A stretch of 64,000 bases of DNA, taken from positions 824,974-888,973 of the forward strand of contig JAVLKG010000003.1 of the NCBI GenBank assembly GCA_032128875.1. The letters run 5' to 3'. Origin of the DNA: Candidatus Melainabacteria bacterium 17Bon1m (GTDB lineage: Bacteria; Cyanobacteriota; Vampirovibrionia; Obscuribacterales; Obscuribacteraceae). Shown piece by piece: positions 1-10,320 of this stretch. The first letter of the stretch is position 1. Every line of letters begins with the position of its first letter. Position numbers and translations under genes: made by a program. A model generated the notes under the pieces. That model was not told the origin of the DNA and made no database searches. It saw only the letters and a list, made by a program, of their open reading frames with translations.

Positions 1-765
<765 letters not shown>

Positions 766-778
766 ACAGTAAACTCTT

Positions 779-3571
779 TTGGCACAGAAATCAGTTACTC
801 GAAAAACAGTTTGCGGAGTAAGACCATTTCGGTCTGTCGCCACTGCTCTCATTCTTACGCTTGCGACTCTTTTGCCGTTGGTGCTTCCTTTTGCCGGTGC
901 ACGGGCTCAAGAAGAGGAAGCTACCGAACTGACAGTATCGGAAATTGTCGATAAAACCTTCACTGCCTATGGTGGCAAGGAAGCGCTCGAACAAATTGAT
1001 TATCTCTCTGTGGTCAATGGAAAACAGATTTCAACGGTCGCCGGAAAGCGCACGGAGCTCGGCTACAGATGTGCCAGAAAGAACGGCAAGTGGCGAATTG
1101 ATCTGGAGCGTTTGCCGGAAAAGCCACCTGAAACTTCTGCGGATACATCTCAAAAGGCGGCGCCTGAATCTGACAAGGGTGGTGAAGAAAGTAAAGCTGC
1201 AGATTCTGCTGCCGGTGCAGCTTCTGGCGGTTCTCAGGCAGCGACCAAACAGGCAGAAGTCAGACCGGAAACCAAGCCAGAAACCAAATCGATTCAACCC
1301 TCCGAAGTTTTTGGATTTGATGGGCATAACGGTTGGCGTCTAGTTGGAAAAGAGGCTTCTGCTCTATCAGGCGATGAATTGGATGCTCTTACGGAAAAGG
1401 TTTGTCGTCATCCCGGCCTTCTGACTTACTGGCAAGAACCTGACACTGAATTGAAATTGGTGGGGCGTACTTTATATAAGCAACTGCCGGTCTATACTCT
1501 GGCGCTTGTGGCGAAGGGGCGTACCCCCACTACGTTCTATGTAGACGAGAAGAACTTTCTTGTTATTGCTCTTGCTTATGATATTGCTGGTGCCGGCGAC
1601 AAGAGCGTTCATTACACAATTGAGTATTCTCAGTATCGGCCGACAGGCGGCACCCTGTTTCCCTTTAAACAGATTCAGTTTAAGGATCAAGTGAGAGAGT
1701 CGGAATTGCTTCTTACCAGCGCCTCGGTAGGACAGCCGGTTGAAGATTCGCTCTTTGACAGACCTAAGCAAACTGGACGATTTCGCCTGTCGCGCAGTCT
1801 TACCGTTCCTTTCGAGTATGCCGACAATGAGATTGTGGTGAAGTGCCGACTCAACAATAGTGAAGATGTCGATTTTCTTTTTGACACCGGCGCTTCCGAC
1901 ACGATTATCGACCGTCGAATTGCTGCTCAAAACTTCCTGGCAAAACAGGACAAATTCGACATTGCGGGCTACAGCGGAATTGTGCAAGCAAATCGCTCTG
2001 AACTTAAACGTTTTGAGATTGGCCCTCTTGTTTTGAACGACGTGCCTGTACGCGTGCTCGATATGAGTGCGCAGTCGAGGCAGATGGGGCGGCAGATTGC
2101 TGGCATTATCGGTACAAACATAATTAGCCAGTTCTTGGTCACAATCGACTACAGTAAGCCCAATCTTGTTTTTGAAGATATGGAAACAGCGGTGCGACCG
2201 ATTAAAGCGGCCAACGTTCCATTTATAGTGCGTCAGTTGCCTTATATCAAAGTCTCGCTGAACGGGCGCGACGAGCAGCTTTTGCTGGTTGATACGGGTG
2301 CTGCTTTCAATCACCTACCTACGGGTGTTGCTCAACGGCATGTGCAAGGGGATCCTGCGGCGGTGCGGCATGTCACCGAGGCGACTGGTCTTGATGGCAG
2401 GCCGGTACAGCTTGGACGCGTGGTTATCGACAGTGTTGGTTTGGGTGGACTGACCCGACGGGGTGTTCCATTTACTTATCCGATTCAGCAAGAGAAGCGT
2501 CTATCTCCGAAGAAGCCGACGCCCGAAGGCAAGGAGCGAGCAGGGTTTTTCCAGGATTCTAATTTCGGCATTTTAGGAAATCCGTTCTGGGAAAATTTCA
2601 TTGTCACGGTAGACTATCGATTCCAGCGATTGCTCTTGCAGCAAAACCCAGTGTACAAGCTGAGGAACGACATGGATGATGCGCTGTCGCGTGGAGACAA
2701 CATGCTGGTGGCGCGGCGAGATTACCGTCAAGCAGAAGTGTATTACCAGAAAGCCTTACTCCTGGCCGATGGTGCGCGGGACATCAAAATGCAAGCGCGT
2801 CTTCTGGGACGGCTCGGCAATTTGCGCCGTATTATGGCGAAAGATTTGAACCGTCCTGAACATGCTAAGGCGGCGTATCAGTATTTTGTGCGTGCACAGG
2901 AATTGGCGAAGAAAGTCGCTGCTCGTGATGTTGAAGGACGAATTCTTGCGGATTGGAGTCTTCTCTACAGCGACAATGGACAGAAGGCGATCGCCAAGCA
3001 AGCAATCGATAGGGCGATGGTGCTGGCTCCGCAGGATGCGAACGTCAACGTTGATTGTGCAGTGCACCTCTATCGCGCCAAGCTTTTCCCTGAGATGCAA
3101 CGCTATGTCGAAAAGGCTCTTTTCCTTGAACCCTCCAACTGGTCCGCACTCTGGTATCAGGTGAAGCTAAGTGAAAATTTCCAGGACCTACCGCGGGTGG
3201 TGGCAACGCTAAAAGAAATTCTGCGCTTCTACCCCTGGTCTAAAGTCGCTCAAGAAAAATTGGCTTCGGTTAAGGCAAGCATGAATTTGCCAACAGTCAC
3301 ACCGGCAAAAGAAGAGCCGGTGCAGCAAGTACAGCCTGCGCCGCCGGTCAATCCCGGCGTAAATCCGTGGATGCCGCGCGTACCATCTGTCACTCCGACT
3401 CCAGCCGGCAAGTCTGTGCCGACTATATCGCCGTGGAATCAACCGGGTCGAGGTCAGCCATCGGTGCCCATGATCACACCGATGAATCGCCCTGTTGGAC
3501 CGGGTTCTGCAGGTGGCGCCAGAAATGTGCCAATGATTGTGCCGACGAATTCAAATGAGAAAGTACGCTAA
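779..3571 (+). CDS. Secreted multidomain aspartyl protease: LolA-like N-terminal region, two retropepsin-like domains, TPRs, Pro-rich tail
   Basis: Signal peptide ending A-R-A-Q; two D-T-G motifs (FLFDTGAS, LLVDTGAA), each followed by G-I-I/L-G; TPR-like helices near the C-terminus. Confidence 0.8.
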   Translation: MAQKSVTRKTVCGVRPFRSVATALILTLATLLPLVLPFAGARAQEEEATELTVSEIVDKTFTAYGGKEALEQIDYLSVVNGKQISTVAGKRTELGYRCARKNGKWRIDLERLPEKPPETSADTSQKAAPESDKGGEESKAADSAAGAASGGSQAATKQAEVRPETKPETKSIQPSEVFGFDGHNGWRLVGKEASALSGDELDALTEKVCRHPGLLTYWQEPDTELKLVGRTLYKQLPVYTLALVAKGRTPTTFYVDEKNFLVIALAYDIAGAGDKSVHYTIEYSQYRPTGGTLFPFKQIQFKDQVRESELLLTSASVGQPVEDSLFDRPKQTGRFRLSRSLTVPFEYADNEIVVKCRLNNSEDVDFLFDTGASDTIIDRRIAAQNFLAKQDKFDIAGYSGIVQANRSELKRFEIGPLVLNDVPVRVLDMSAQSRQMGRQIAGIIGTNIISQFLVTIDYSKPNLVFEDMETAVRPIKAANVPFIVRQLPYIKVSLNGRDEQLLLVDTGAAFNHLPTGVAQRHVQGDPAAVRHVTEATGLDGRPVQLGRVVIDSVGLGGLTRRGVPFTYPIQQEKRLSPKKPTPEGKERAGFFQDSNFGILGNPFWENFIVTVDYRFQRLLLQQNPVYKLRNDMDDALSRGDNMLVARRDYRQAEVYYQKALLLADGARDIKMQARLLGRLGNLRRIMAKDLNRPEHAKAAYQYFVRAQELAKKVAARDVEGRILADWSLLYSDNGQKAIAKQAIDRAMVLAPQDANVNVDCAVHLYRAKLFPEMQRYVEKALFLEPSNWSALWYQVKLSENFQDLPRVVATLKEILRFYPWSKVAQEKLASVKASMNLPTVTPAKEEPVQQVQPAPPVNPGVNPWMPRVPSVTPTPAGKSVPTISPWNQPGRGQPSVPMITPMNRPVGPGSAGGARNVPMIVPTNSNEKVR

Positions 3572-3582
3572 GCGGTAAAAAG

Positions 3583-4305
3583 CTACTGTGCCTTTTGACC
3601 TGCCGCTGTTCTTACAGCTCCAGATAGATTGGTGAACTTAGGAGTGAACCAGTACTTACGCATTTCCTTGTAGGCTGTATCGTAGTCGTATCCATCGCGC
3701 ATCACTCTCCAGATGCCGATCATGCAGCCTGTGCGGTCTGAACCGTGAGCGCAATGAACTAGCACTGCCTGCTTGGGAGTTCCAACCTTTGCGTTTTTTT
3801 CCAGCTGAGCAGATTCTGCTTTCGCAATTTTGTCGGCTTGGCCCGGTTCAGTTACTTCCACCGCATTGCCTTTCGCTTTGTCGATTTCTTCAACTAAGCG
3901 CTTAATTTGTTTGCTGGTCGGTGCTTTGGAGTTCATCGGCATACTGATGTAGCGGATGCCCAGTTCTTTTGCTGCATCTTTTTCGCTGTACGACATCTCG
4001 CCGGGATTGCGCAGGTCGAAGATGGTTGTAATACCCATCTCTTTTATCTTCTTCAATCCTTCTCTGGAAGGTTCGCCGCTGCGGAAGAGATAAGGGTGCA
4101 CCTGGTGAAAGTTCGGCAGGTCTTCTTTTACTTTTACTGCCTTGGTCGTTTGCGCTGTATCCGAGCTTTTTGCAGTTACCGCGGCAGGCGAATCGGCGGC
4201 TTGAGCGCCTATACTTGTCAGACACGAGTATAGAGCGCAGCTGGAAACGGTGAGAGTCAGGGCAATCGCCCGACCAAGGTTAACTGTTGTTAATAAAAGG
4301 CTCAA
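3583..4305 (-). CDS. Exported tyrosine/dual-specificity phosphatase family protein (start approximate)
   Basis: P-loop HCAHGSDRTG (CX5R), NFHQV..LFRSG and DLR motifs; signal-like N-terminus; the longer ORF call overlaps the sigma gene. Confidence 0.8.
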   Translation of the reverse strand: MSLLLTTVNLGRAIALTLTVSSCALYSCLTSIGAQAADSPAAVTAKSSDTAQTTKAVKVKEDLPNFHQVHPYLFRSGEPSREGLKKIKEMGITTIFDLRNPGEMSYSEKDAAKELGIRYISMPMNSKAPTSKQIKRLVEEIDKAKGNAVEVTEPGQADKIAKAESAQLEKNAKVGTPKQAVLVHCAHGSDRTGCMIGIWRVMRDGYDYDTAYKEMRKYWFTPKFTNLSGAVRTAAGQKAQ

Positions 4306-4377
4306 AAATTGAACTCCGAAGCATGAATTTACGTATTCAATAATAGCGGACCCTGAAGTCTGGCTAGGAGAAAAACA

Positions 4378-5007
4378 GTGGACCTTACCGACGAGGCCAT
4401 CGTTGAAGAATTTAGACAGACTGGAGACTCGACAAAGTTCAAGTCTCTGGTTCGCCGATACCAAAATCGCGTTTACAACGCGGCTTTGCGTATCTTGGGA
4501 AACCAGGATGAAGCCGAAGAAGTTACACAAGATACTTTCTTGAAAGTGCATCAAGGAATTACCGGGTTTAGAAAAGAAGCTTCTTTTGCCTCATGGATCT
4601 TTCGGATCGCACATAACCTGTGTGTCGATGTCGTGAGAACAAAACAAAGACGAGCTGGGGTGAAAGTCGTGTCCTTCGATCCTCAATCTACACAGAATGA
4701 AGAAGATTCGCTGGATCCGGCTGTCAGTCTTTCTCAAATCGCCGATCCGTTGCCTTCACCGGCGCAGAGAGTAGATCTTGAAGAGCAACAACTTTTCATT
4801 GAGAAGACATTGTTAGCGTTGCCGGAGAATCAGCGAACAGTAGTTGTATTGCATGATATCGAAGGCTTCCAGTATCAAGAAATAGCCGATATCGTTGGCA
4901 CCAGCGTCGGAACCGTACGCTCACGTTTGCACTACGGTCGCTTAAAAATGAGAGAACTGCTTGCCCCCTATTTTGACAATCAAGGTGTTCAAGCCGCTTC
5001 AAGGTGA
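4378..5007 (+). CDS. ECF RNA polymerase sigma factor (RpoE-like)
   Basis: Region 2 (DEAEEVTQDTFLK, FASWIFRIAHN) and region 4 (YQEIADIVGTSVGTVRSRL). Confidence 0.95.
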   Translation: MDLTDEAIVEEFRQTGDSTKFKSLVRRYQNRVYNAALRILGNQDEAEEVTQDTFLKVHQGITGFRKEASFASWIFRIAHNLCVDVVRTKQRRAGVKVVSFDPQSTQNEEDSLDPAVSLSQIADPLPSPAQRVDLEEQQLFIEKTLLALPENQRTVVVLHDIEGFQYQEIADIVGTSVGTVRSRLHYGRLKMRELLAPYFDNQGVQAASR

Positions 5008-5852
5008 TTTCTATGTCTAGTAAGAATTCCCAATGTGAAAAATTTGTACCGATGCTTGATGCATTCGTCGACAATGAGCTGGAGGGCTCTGAGAAGGAGC
5101 AGGTTGTTCTGCACCTTGCTGCTTGCGATGATTGCACCAGGCAGGTGAAAGAAATCGAGGCGCTGAAAGTTTCGCTTTCGAGTTTGCCGCGCAGGCAAAT
5201 GAAGTTTGACCTGGCGGACAATTTTGATGAGGTTCTTTCCCGCAGCTCATCGGCTCAGAGCGAGCCGCCTAGCAATGTTGTGCCGTTGCGCAGCAAGCGT
5301 AAATGGTTGGTAGCATCTGCAACAGCGGCGGCCGCAGTTGTGATTGCAATTGCCGGTTCTATTGTTCTAAAAGGCGATCCGCAGCAAGTTGCACACTCGA
5401 ATGTTGACGAACAGTCCAAAATGATGGCAGTGAAGAGTGCCGGTTCGCCAGTTCAAAACGACAGCGAAAGCAGTAGTGCTCAGAGCGCTGTTGATACACA
5501 CTCGAAAGAAGATCTTGCGCAAACGCAGCAGCAAGAAAGAATTGCAGCTCATCGGCCCCAATCAAACACCAATTCTCCTGCAGCAAATAAGACTGCCGGT
5601 GCGCATTTGAGCGAGGAAACGGAAAGACTTGCACATGGCGAATCTACAACTGCTGTCGCACCAAATAGTGAAAGCACAGAACCTCTTGTCGCGCAGCAGA
5701 GCACTAAAACAGTCGTGCCTGCGTCGCAAGCAATACAAAGCAATCGTGCCGCTTCATCAGAGCTATTGGCACTTTATGAAGATGACGACGGCATCAGTTC
5801 GGATATCGGAGTAAGCACAGATGAGGATGGCCTTTATGCGATCAAGCTCTAA
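5004..5852 (+). CDS. Zinc-binding (zf-HC2/ZAS) transmembrane anti-sigma factor
   Basis: HLAACDDC (HxxxCxxC) motif, single TM helix, overlaps sigma stop codon. Confidence 0.88.
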   Translation: MISMSSKNSQCEKFVPMLDAFVDNELEGSEKEQVVLHLAACDDCTRQVKEIEALKVSLSSLPRRQMKFDLADNFDEVLSRSSSAQSEPPSNVVPLRSKRKWLVASATAAAAVVIAIAGSIVLKGDPQQVAHSNVDEQSKMMAVKSAGSPVQNDSESSSAQSAVDTHSKEDLAQTQQQERIAAHRPQSNTNSPAANKTAGAHLSEETERLAHGESTTAVAPNSESTEPLVAQQSTKTVVPASQAIQSNRAASSELLALYEDDDGISSDIGVSTDEDGLYAIKL

Positions 5853-6741
5853 CAAATCACTTATTGGATGTTTGGCGCTGACGCTGTGCTTTCTTGCTGC
5901 GGCACCATTTGCCACGGCTCAAGGAGCCGGTTCTGCCTCTGACACTAAAGGTGGTGCATCTACCGGTTCGTCAGCATCCGATGCAATAGATAAGGGCAAG
6001 CGCAGAGTCCGCGCCTTGCTGAATGAGGTTGACAGCCAGAGCGGTACCGGCGATGTATCCGACGAGTTGGCGCGCCGCGCCAGAATGCGCAAAGCGATAA
6101 TGCGCGCTCGTCAAATGCAAGGACAAGTAGGCGGCCAGGCATCCTCACAATCACCTGGGCAATTATCTGGACAAGCTCTTGGACAAGAGGGCATGGATGC
6201 TGCACAAGAGCCGATTGCGCGCGGGCCGAATGTGCAAGCAGAAGGATTTGGTGGTGGTTTCCGAAAAGGCCGTCAAGGCTTTATGCAGGACGGACAATTT
6301 GGTGGACGCCGAGGATTTGCCGGCAGAGGTGGGGGATTTGGTGGAAGAAAAGCACTCGATCTCACTGCTCTTAACTTGACCGACGAACAAAAAGCAAAGA
6401 TTCAACAATTGCGAAAGGGCACAGCTACTCGTGTTCGCGAAGTAAGACGAAAACTTTTCAGTGGCGGGCAAGAACTCAGAGACATGATGTTTGATCCATC
6501 CGCATCGGACGATCAAATTCGCGCGAAAGGCAAAGAATTGCGCAAACTGCACGAACAGGCAGAAGACATGAAGCTGGACGATTTTCTTGCGATTCGCGGG
6601 GTTCTGACTCCGGAGCAACGCAAACGTCTGCCCGATGTAAAGCCTGGTGGTCCGCGTGCTGCGATGATGTCACCGGGTGCTCCACGCAGAGCAGATGGCA
6701 TGCCACCTGACGGCGGCGAGTCCGGAGGGCCTAATCAGTAA
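5821..6741 (+). CDS. Spy/CpxP-family periplasmic protein
   Basis: Signal peptide; LNLTDEQK and VLTPEQR (LTxxQ) motifs; third gene of the ECF cluster. Confidence 0.85.
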   Translation: MRMAFMRSSSNKSLIGCLALTLCFLAAAPFATAQGAGSASDTKGGASTGSSASDAIDKGKRRVRALLNEVDSQSGTGDVSDELARRARMRKAIMRARQMQGQVGGQASSQSPGQLSGQALGQEGMDAAQEPIARGPNVQAEGFGGGFRKGRQGFMQDGQFGGRRGFAGRGGGFGGRKALDLTALNLTDEQKAKIQQLRKGTATRVREVRRKLFSGGQELRDMMFDPSASDDQIRAKGKELRKLHEQAEDMKLDDFLAIRGVLTPEQRKRLPDVKPGGPRAAMMSPGAPRRADGMPPDGGESGGPNQ

Positions 6742-6790
6742 AATCCTAATCGGTAGAATAAAGAGTTGTTATAGCCGCTGAGCGCCCAAT

Positions 6791-8053
6791 TTACTTCTTT
6801 TTCTTCTTGCTTGATCCAGCCCAGTCAATGAGGAAATCGCCTTCGCCTTCTTCATCCACGCTGGGTGCGTCTTTTGCATCGCGTGCTGCTTTGTCTTCTT
6901 TTGGTTCCGGCTTAGGTTCGGCTTTCGGCTTTTCTTTCTTTATGACTGCGCGGGTCTGCAACATCGGTGCATTAGGGTTGTAGCCCATGGGTGGCGGCGG
7001 GGGAAACATCCCGAATGACGGAACGATAGGAGGCGGTGGTGGCACCAGTCCATTCTTGGAGCGTTTGGGCTGAGTTGTTGCAACGACCGGGGTTGGCATC
7101 GCAGGCGGAGGAGGAAGCACAGACGGTGCCGGTTTCTCAATCTTCTTAGCTGGAGACTTCGCAACTTCTTGCGCCGGCTGTTCTTTCTTTGGCTCTGCTT
7201 TCTTCGGCTCAGGCTTCGCTTCTGGTTTTACTTCCTTCTTCGGCTGTTTAACAACGACAGGCGGTTTCACAACCGGCTTCGGTGTTTCTTTCTTTGGTGG
7301 CGGAGTCGGTGCAATCACGCGCTTCATCAATGCTGAAACAACAGAAGGTGGAGCTTTCGGTTTTTCCGGTGCTTTCGCTTCCGCTTTGGCATCTGCCTTC
7401 GGCTCGGGCGGTTTGGTCGGTGCCGGCTCTTCTTTTTTGACTGGTGGAGCAGCCGGCGCATGCGGCTTGATGGCAGACGCCACCATGGTTTGTGGAGCGA
7501 TACGCTTGTCCATTCCACCAGCTATTTGATTGAGTACATAAGATTCTTGGGTCGCCAGAGCCACAAACCCTTTTTCTTGCAGCCAAACAATAAGAGCTCG
7601 TCTGGCAGCGATTGAATTGCGATTGCGCTTCAGGCAAGTTTGTATTTGGGAGAGAGCCTGATCGTGTTTTGCTCGAACTCTATAGATTTCGGCAAGTTTT
7701 ATTCTCGCCATCTCAGAGTTGGGATTACGCTTCAGTGACTCATTGAGCCAAGATTCGGCAGTGTTTTCCTTGCCTGCGTCAAAGGCGAGACTGCCCATTT
7801 CGAAATAAATGTCCGCAACGATGGTTGAATCGTTGCCGTATTCTTCGATAGCACGCTTCACTGCACGCTGGTAAGTTTCCAACGCTGATTCCGTCTGCCC
7901 TTCGATGTAACACTGGAAGGCCAGAACTCGCAAATTGTAGGGGTCATCTCCTGCCATCATCAGCCGGTTATCTGCATTGGCTCTCATGTCGAGACCAGCC
8001 AGAAGGCAGAAAAGAACACCCAGAATAGAAATTGGTAATCGTCTCAAAGACAA
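6791..8053 (-). CDS. Exported TPR protein with Pro/Lys-rich C-terminal region
   Basis: Signal peptide, TPR-like repeats, long low-complexity tail. Confidence 0.75.
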   Translation of the reverse strand: MSLRRLPISILGVLFCLLAGLDMRANADNRLMMAGDDPYNLRVLAFQCYIEGQTESALETYQRAVKRAIEEYGNDSTIVADIYFEMGSLAFDAGKENTAESWLNESLKRNPNSEMARIKLAEIYRVRAKHDQALSQIQTCLKRNRNSIAARRALIVWLQEKGFVALATQESYVLNQIAGGMDKRIAPQTMVASAIKPHAPAAPPVKKEEPAPTKPPEPKADAKAEAKAPEKPKAPPSVVSALMKRVIAPTPPPKKETPKPVVKPPVVVKQPKKEVKPEAKPEPKKAEPKKEQPAQEVAKSPAKKIEKPAPSVLPPPPAMPTPVVATTQPKRSKNGLVPPPPPIVPSFGMFPPPPPMGYNPNAPMLQTRAVIKKEKPKAEPKPEPKEDKAARDAKDAPSVDEEGEGDFLIDWAGSSKKKKK

Positions 8054-8335
8054 ATTTCTCGATTAACTAACAGTGGAGGTTCTGAGAGAACCGGGCATTG
8101 AGCCCTACCGAAATGGAAAATTGTGAGGTTTGGCTTTCGGGCCGGGTCTTTGAAGACAAAGCGGCATCCGAGAAACCTATACCCTAAAACACACAGGTGC
8201 ACTTAGTGCTCATTACATTGTAAGACTAAATTGCACTCATCAAACCGGAAAAAACCTAGTTTTTCCAAATTGATGTTTAGTACATTTGCGGACTGACAAG
8301 CTCAAAAGTGAGAACTGGCGGGTTTCCCTGTTAAA

Positions 8336-9304
8336 ATGCTCAGTTCTCACCCCTTTGATCGGGCTGGGATTGGTTTTGCCGAGAGAAATTCGGCAGCAAG
8401 GAGGATTATGCGACGCGGAAGACAGAGACCACGGGGAAGTCGTGAATCAGCGCCCGCTCAGGTCAGTCAGTCTCAACAGCCTCCCACAGCCAAACTGTTT
8501 TTGCGCCATGGTGTAGACATCAATACCAACATGGGTGAGGGTTTTGGACCCTACCGCATGCCTGGCGAGTCTGATGTGCTTCCTTTTGTCACATCTGCAA
8601 ACATCGCTTGCGGTGCACATGCCGGCGACCCTTCACTCATGGAAGCGGCTCTGGAAGAATGCCGTTATTACGGTCTGGCTCTGGGAGCACATATCGGCTA
8701 TCCCGATCTGCAAGGGTTTGGCAGACGAGAGATTCATTTGTCCACTTCCGAACTTCGTGCATCGGTTCTTTATCAAATCGGTGCTCTGTCCGGTATGGCT
8801 CGTACATTTGGTTTTGAACTGACTCAAGTCAGACCCCATGGTTTTCTTTATCGGCAGATGTCGCATGATGTTCGCATTGCAACCGTGGTTGCCAAAGCGC
8901 TTGCTGAGTTTGACCGTTGGCTGATTTTGATTGGACCATCAGGAAGCAATCTGCTTGCTGCCGGCGAGCGTGCGGGAATTAGAGTAGCTCAGGAAGCCTG
9001 GTTGGACAGAGCTTACGACAGCAATGGCAATCTCTTGCCCCATACTCACAGTCGCGCACAGTTGCGTTCGCACAACGAAATCATGAATCAAGCACGCTCG
9101 CTGATTAATTACGGCGAAGTGACTGCTGCAGACGGCTCACGAGTAAAAATCGACTTTCAGACGATCCACTTGCATGCTGGCATGCCGCAGGCTCGTGCTA
9201 TCGCTGAGGAGTTGCGCTATATGATCCCCAATCCGTGCGCTCTGACATCCGAGCCCTTCACTGTGGATGAAGAGAAAGACTCGCCGCTGCCTTACTTGCT
9301 GTAA
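8336..9304 (+). CDS. pxpA: LamB/YcsF family protein (5-oxoprolinase subunit A-like), divergent
   Basis: SANIACGAHAGDP, GAHIGYPDLQGFGRR, RPHG and DRAY motifs. Confidence 0.8.
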   Translation: MLSSHPFDRAGIGFAERNSAARRIMRRGRQRPRGSRESAPAQVSQSQQPPTAKLFLRHGVDINTNMGEGFGPYRMPGESDVLPFVTSANIACGAHAGDPSLMEAALEECRYYGLALGAHIGYPDLQGFGRREIHLSTSELRASVLYQIGALSGMARTFGFELTQVRPHGFLYRQMSHDVRIATVVAKALAEFDRWLILIGPSGSNLLAAGERAGIRVAQEAWLDRAYDSNGNLLPHTHSRAQLRSHNEIMNQARSLINYGEVTAADGSRVKIDFQTIHLHAGMPQARAIAEELRYMIPNPCALTSEPFTVDEEKDSPLPYLL

Positions 9305-9337
9305 GCAGGTTGGCAATCAACTAGATTAGAACGCGTG

Positions 9338-9889
9338 CTAAGGCAGTCGCTTCGCCGGTGGTACGATTTCGTCGTACCAGCTGCCGTAATACTCTGGATA
9401 GTCTTCGCCCGTGGTAGACGTGATTGTTTTCTGCAGGGCTTTCATGATTGCCTTGCGTCCGCCACGTTTATAGCGTTTCAACCACTCGAGCTCCTTTGGA
9501 TCTATTTTTACTCCGGCCTCAATCAGCTCTTTGACGATGCTAATTTCGTGAACGATAGCCTCTGTCTCTTCCTCGAGACAGCGAGTGACGAATTCCTGTC
9601 TGCCGGTAACACCTGGAACTGGGTCGATAGTCGGACGAATGACTGCATGGACGAACTCGTGCGCAATGCTAATCAATTTGTAGTTGCGCGGACACCATCT
9701 GCCAATATAGATCGTGCGCTTCTTGCGGTCGTAGTACGCCCGGCAAGGTCCATCCACCAGCCTAATCTTGACGCCCTCCTGGCGAATACGTTCAATGTCC
9801 GCGACTAAGGTCGGACATTTGAGAGCGCACTCGACTAGGCGTTTACCAAATTGGCGTTTCAGGTTTCTGAACTGTGATGCCGAGGTCAT
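9338..9889 (-). CDS. Putative zinc metallopeptidase (HExxH)
   Basis: IAHEFVH followed by EEETEA; ATG at 9889 with a purine-rich RBS. Confidence 0.65.
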   Translation of the reverse strand: MTSASQFRNLKRQFGKRLVECALKCPTLVADIERIRQEGVKIRLVDGPCRAYYDRKKRTIYIGRWCPRNYKLISIAHEFVHAVIRPTIDPVPGVTGRQEFVTRCLEEETEAIVHEISIVKELIEAGVKIDPKELEWLKRYKRGGRKAIMKALQKTITSTTGEDYPEYYGSWYDEIVPPAKRLP

Positions 9890-10320
9890 TTGAGGCTTCC
9901 CTTTTATATTAAATGAGCTTACATTAATTCTATACCAATTCGGGGGCGCTTTGAAACGTGCTGTAACGCCCGCTGTATTGGCGTTTGAGCGACTAGCCAA
10001 GTGGGGAGAACGTTTTTAGCAAAAATAAACTTTCGCTAATCTCGTTTTCTCGCGCCTGGTTGCTGTTTGGCGGTGACTCTTTGCGGTGCAAGCGCTCTGG
10101 GCTCCCGCACCTGTTTGCTACTGACAGCTGCACATGGCTGTATGTTCCCAGCAAAAACCCCGGCCCACATTAGAGGTTCGGCTTATAGTTGCTCGGAGTT
10201 CACTATGAAAAACCCGTATATGGACAGTACCGTATGTTATGGGGAAAATTGGAATATCCCTTAGGCTTAAGAGATCGATTAAAACCCTTGTTCGCCCTCC
10301 CGCCGTAATCGGTAAATTAG

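Noticed and set aside
4306-4554. Long N-terminal extension of the phosphatase ORF
   Set aside because: Overlaps the ECF sigma gene on the opposite strand; the signal peptide suggests a start near 4305
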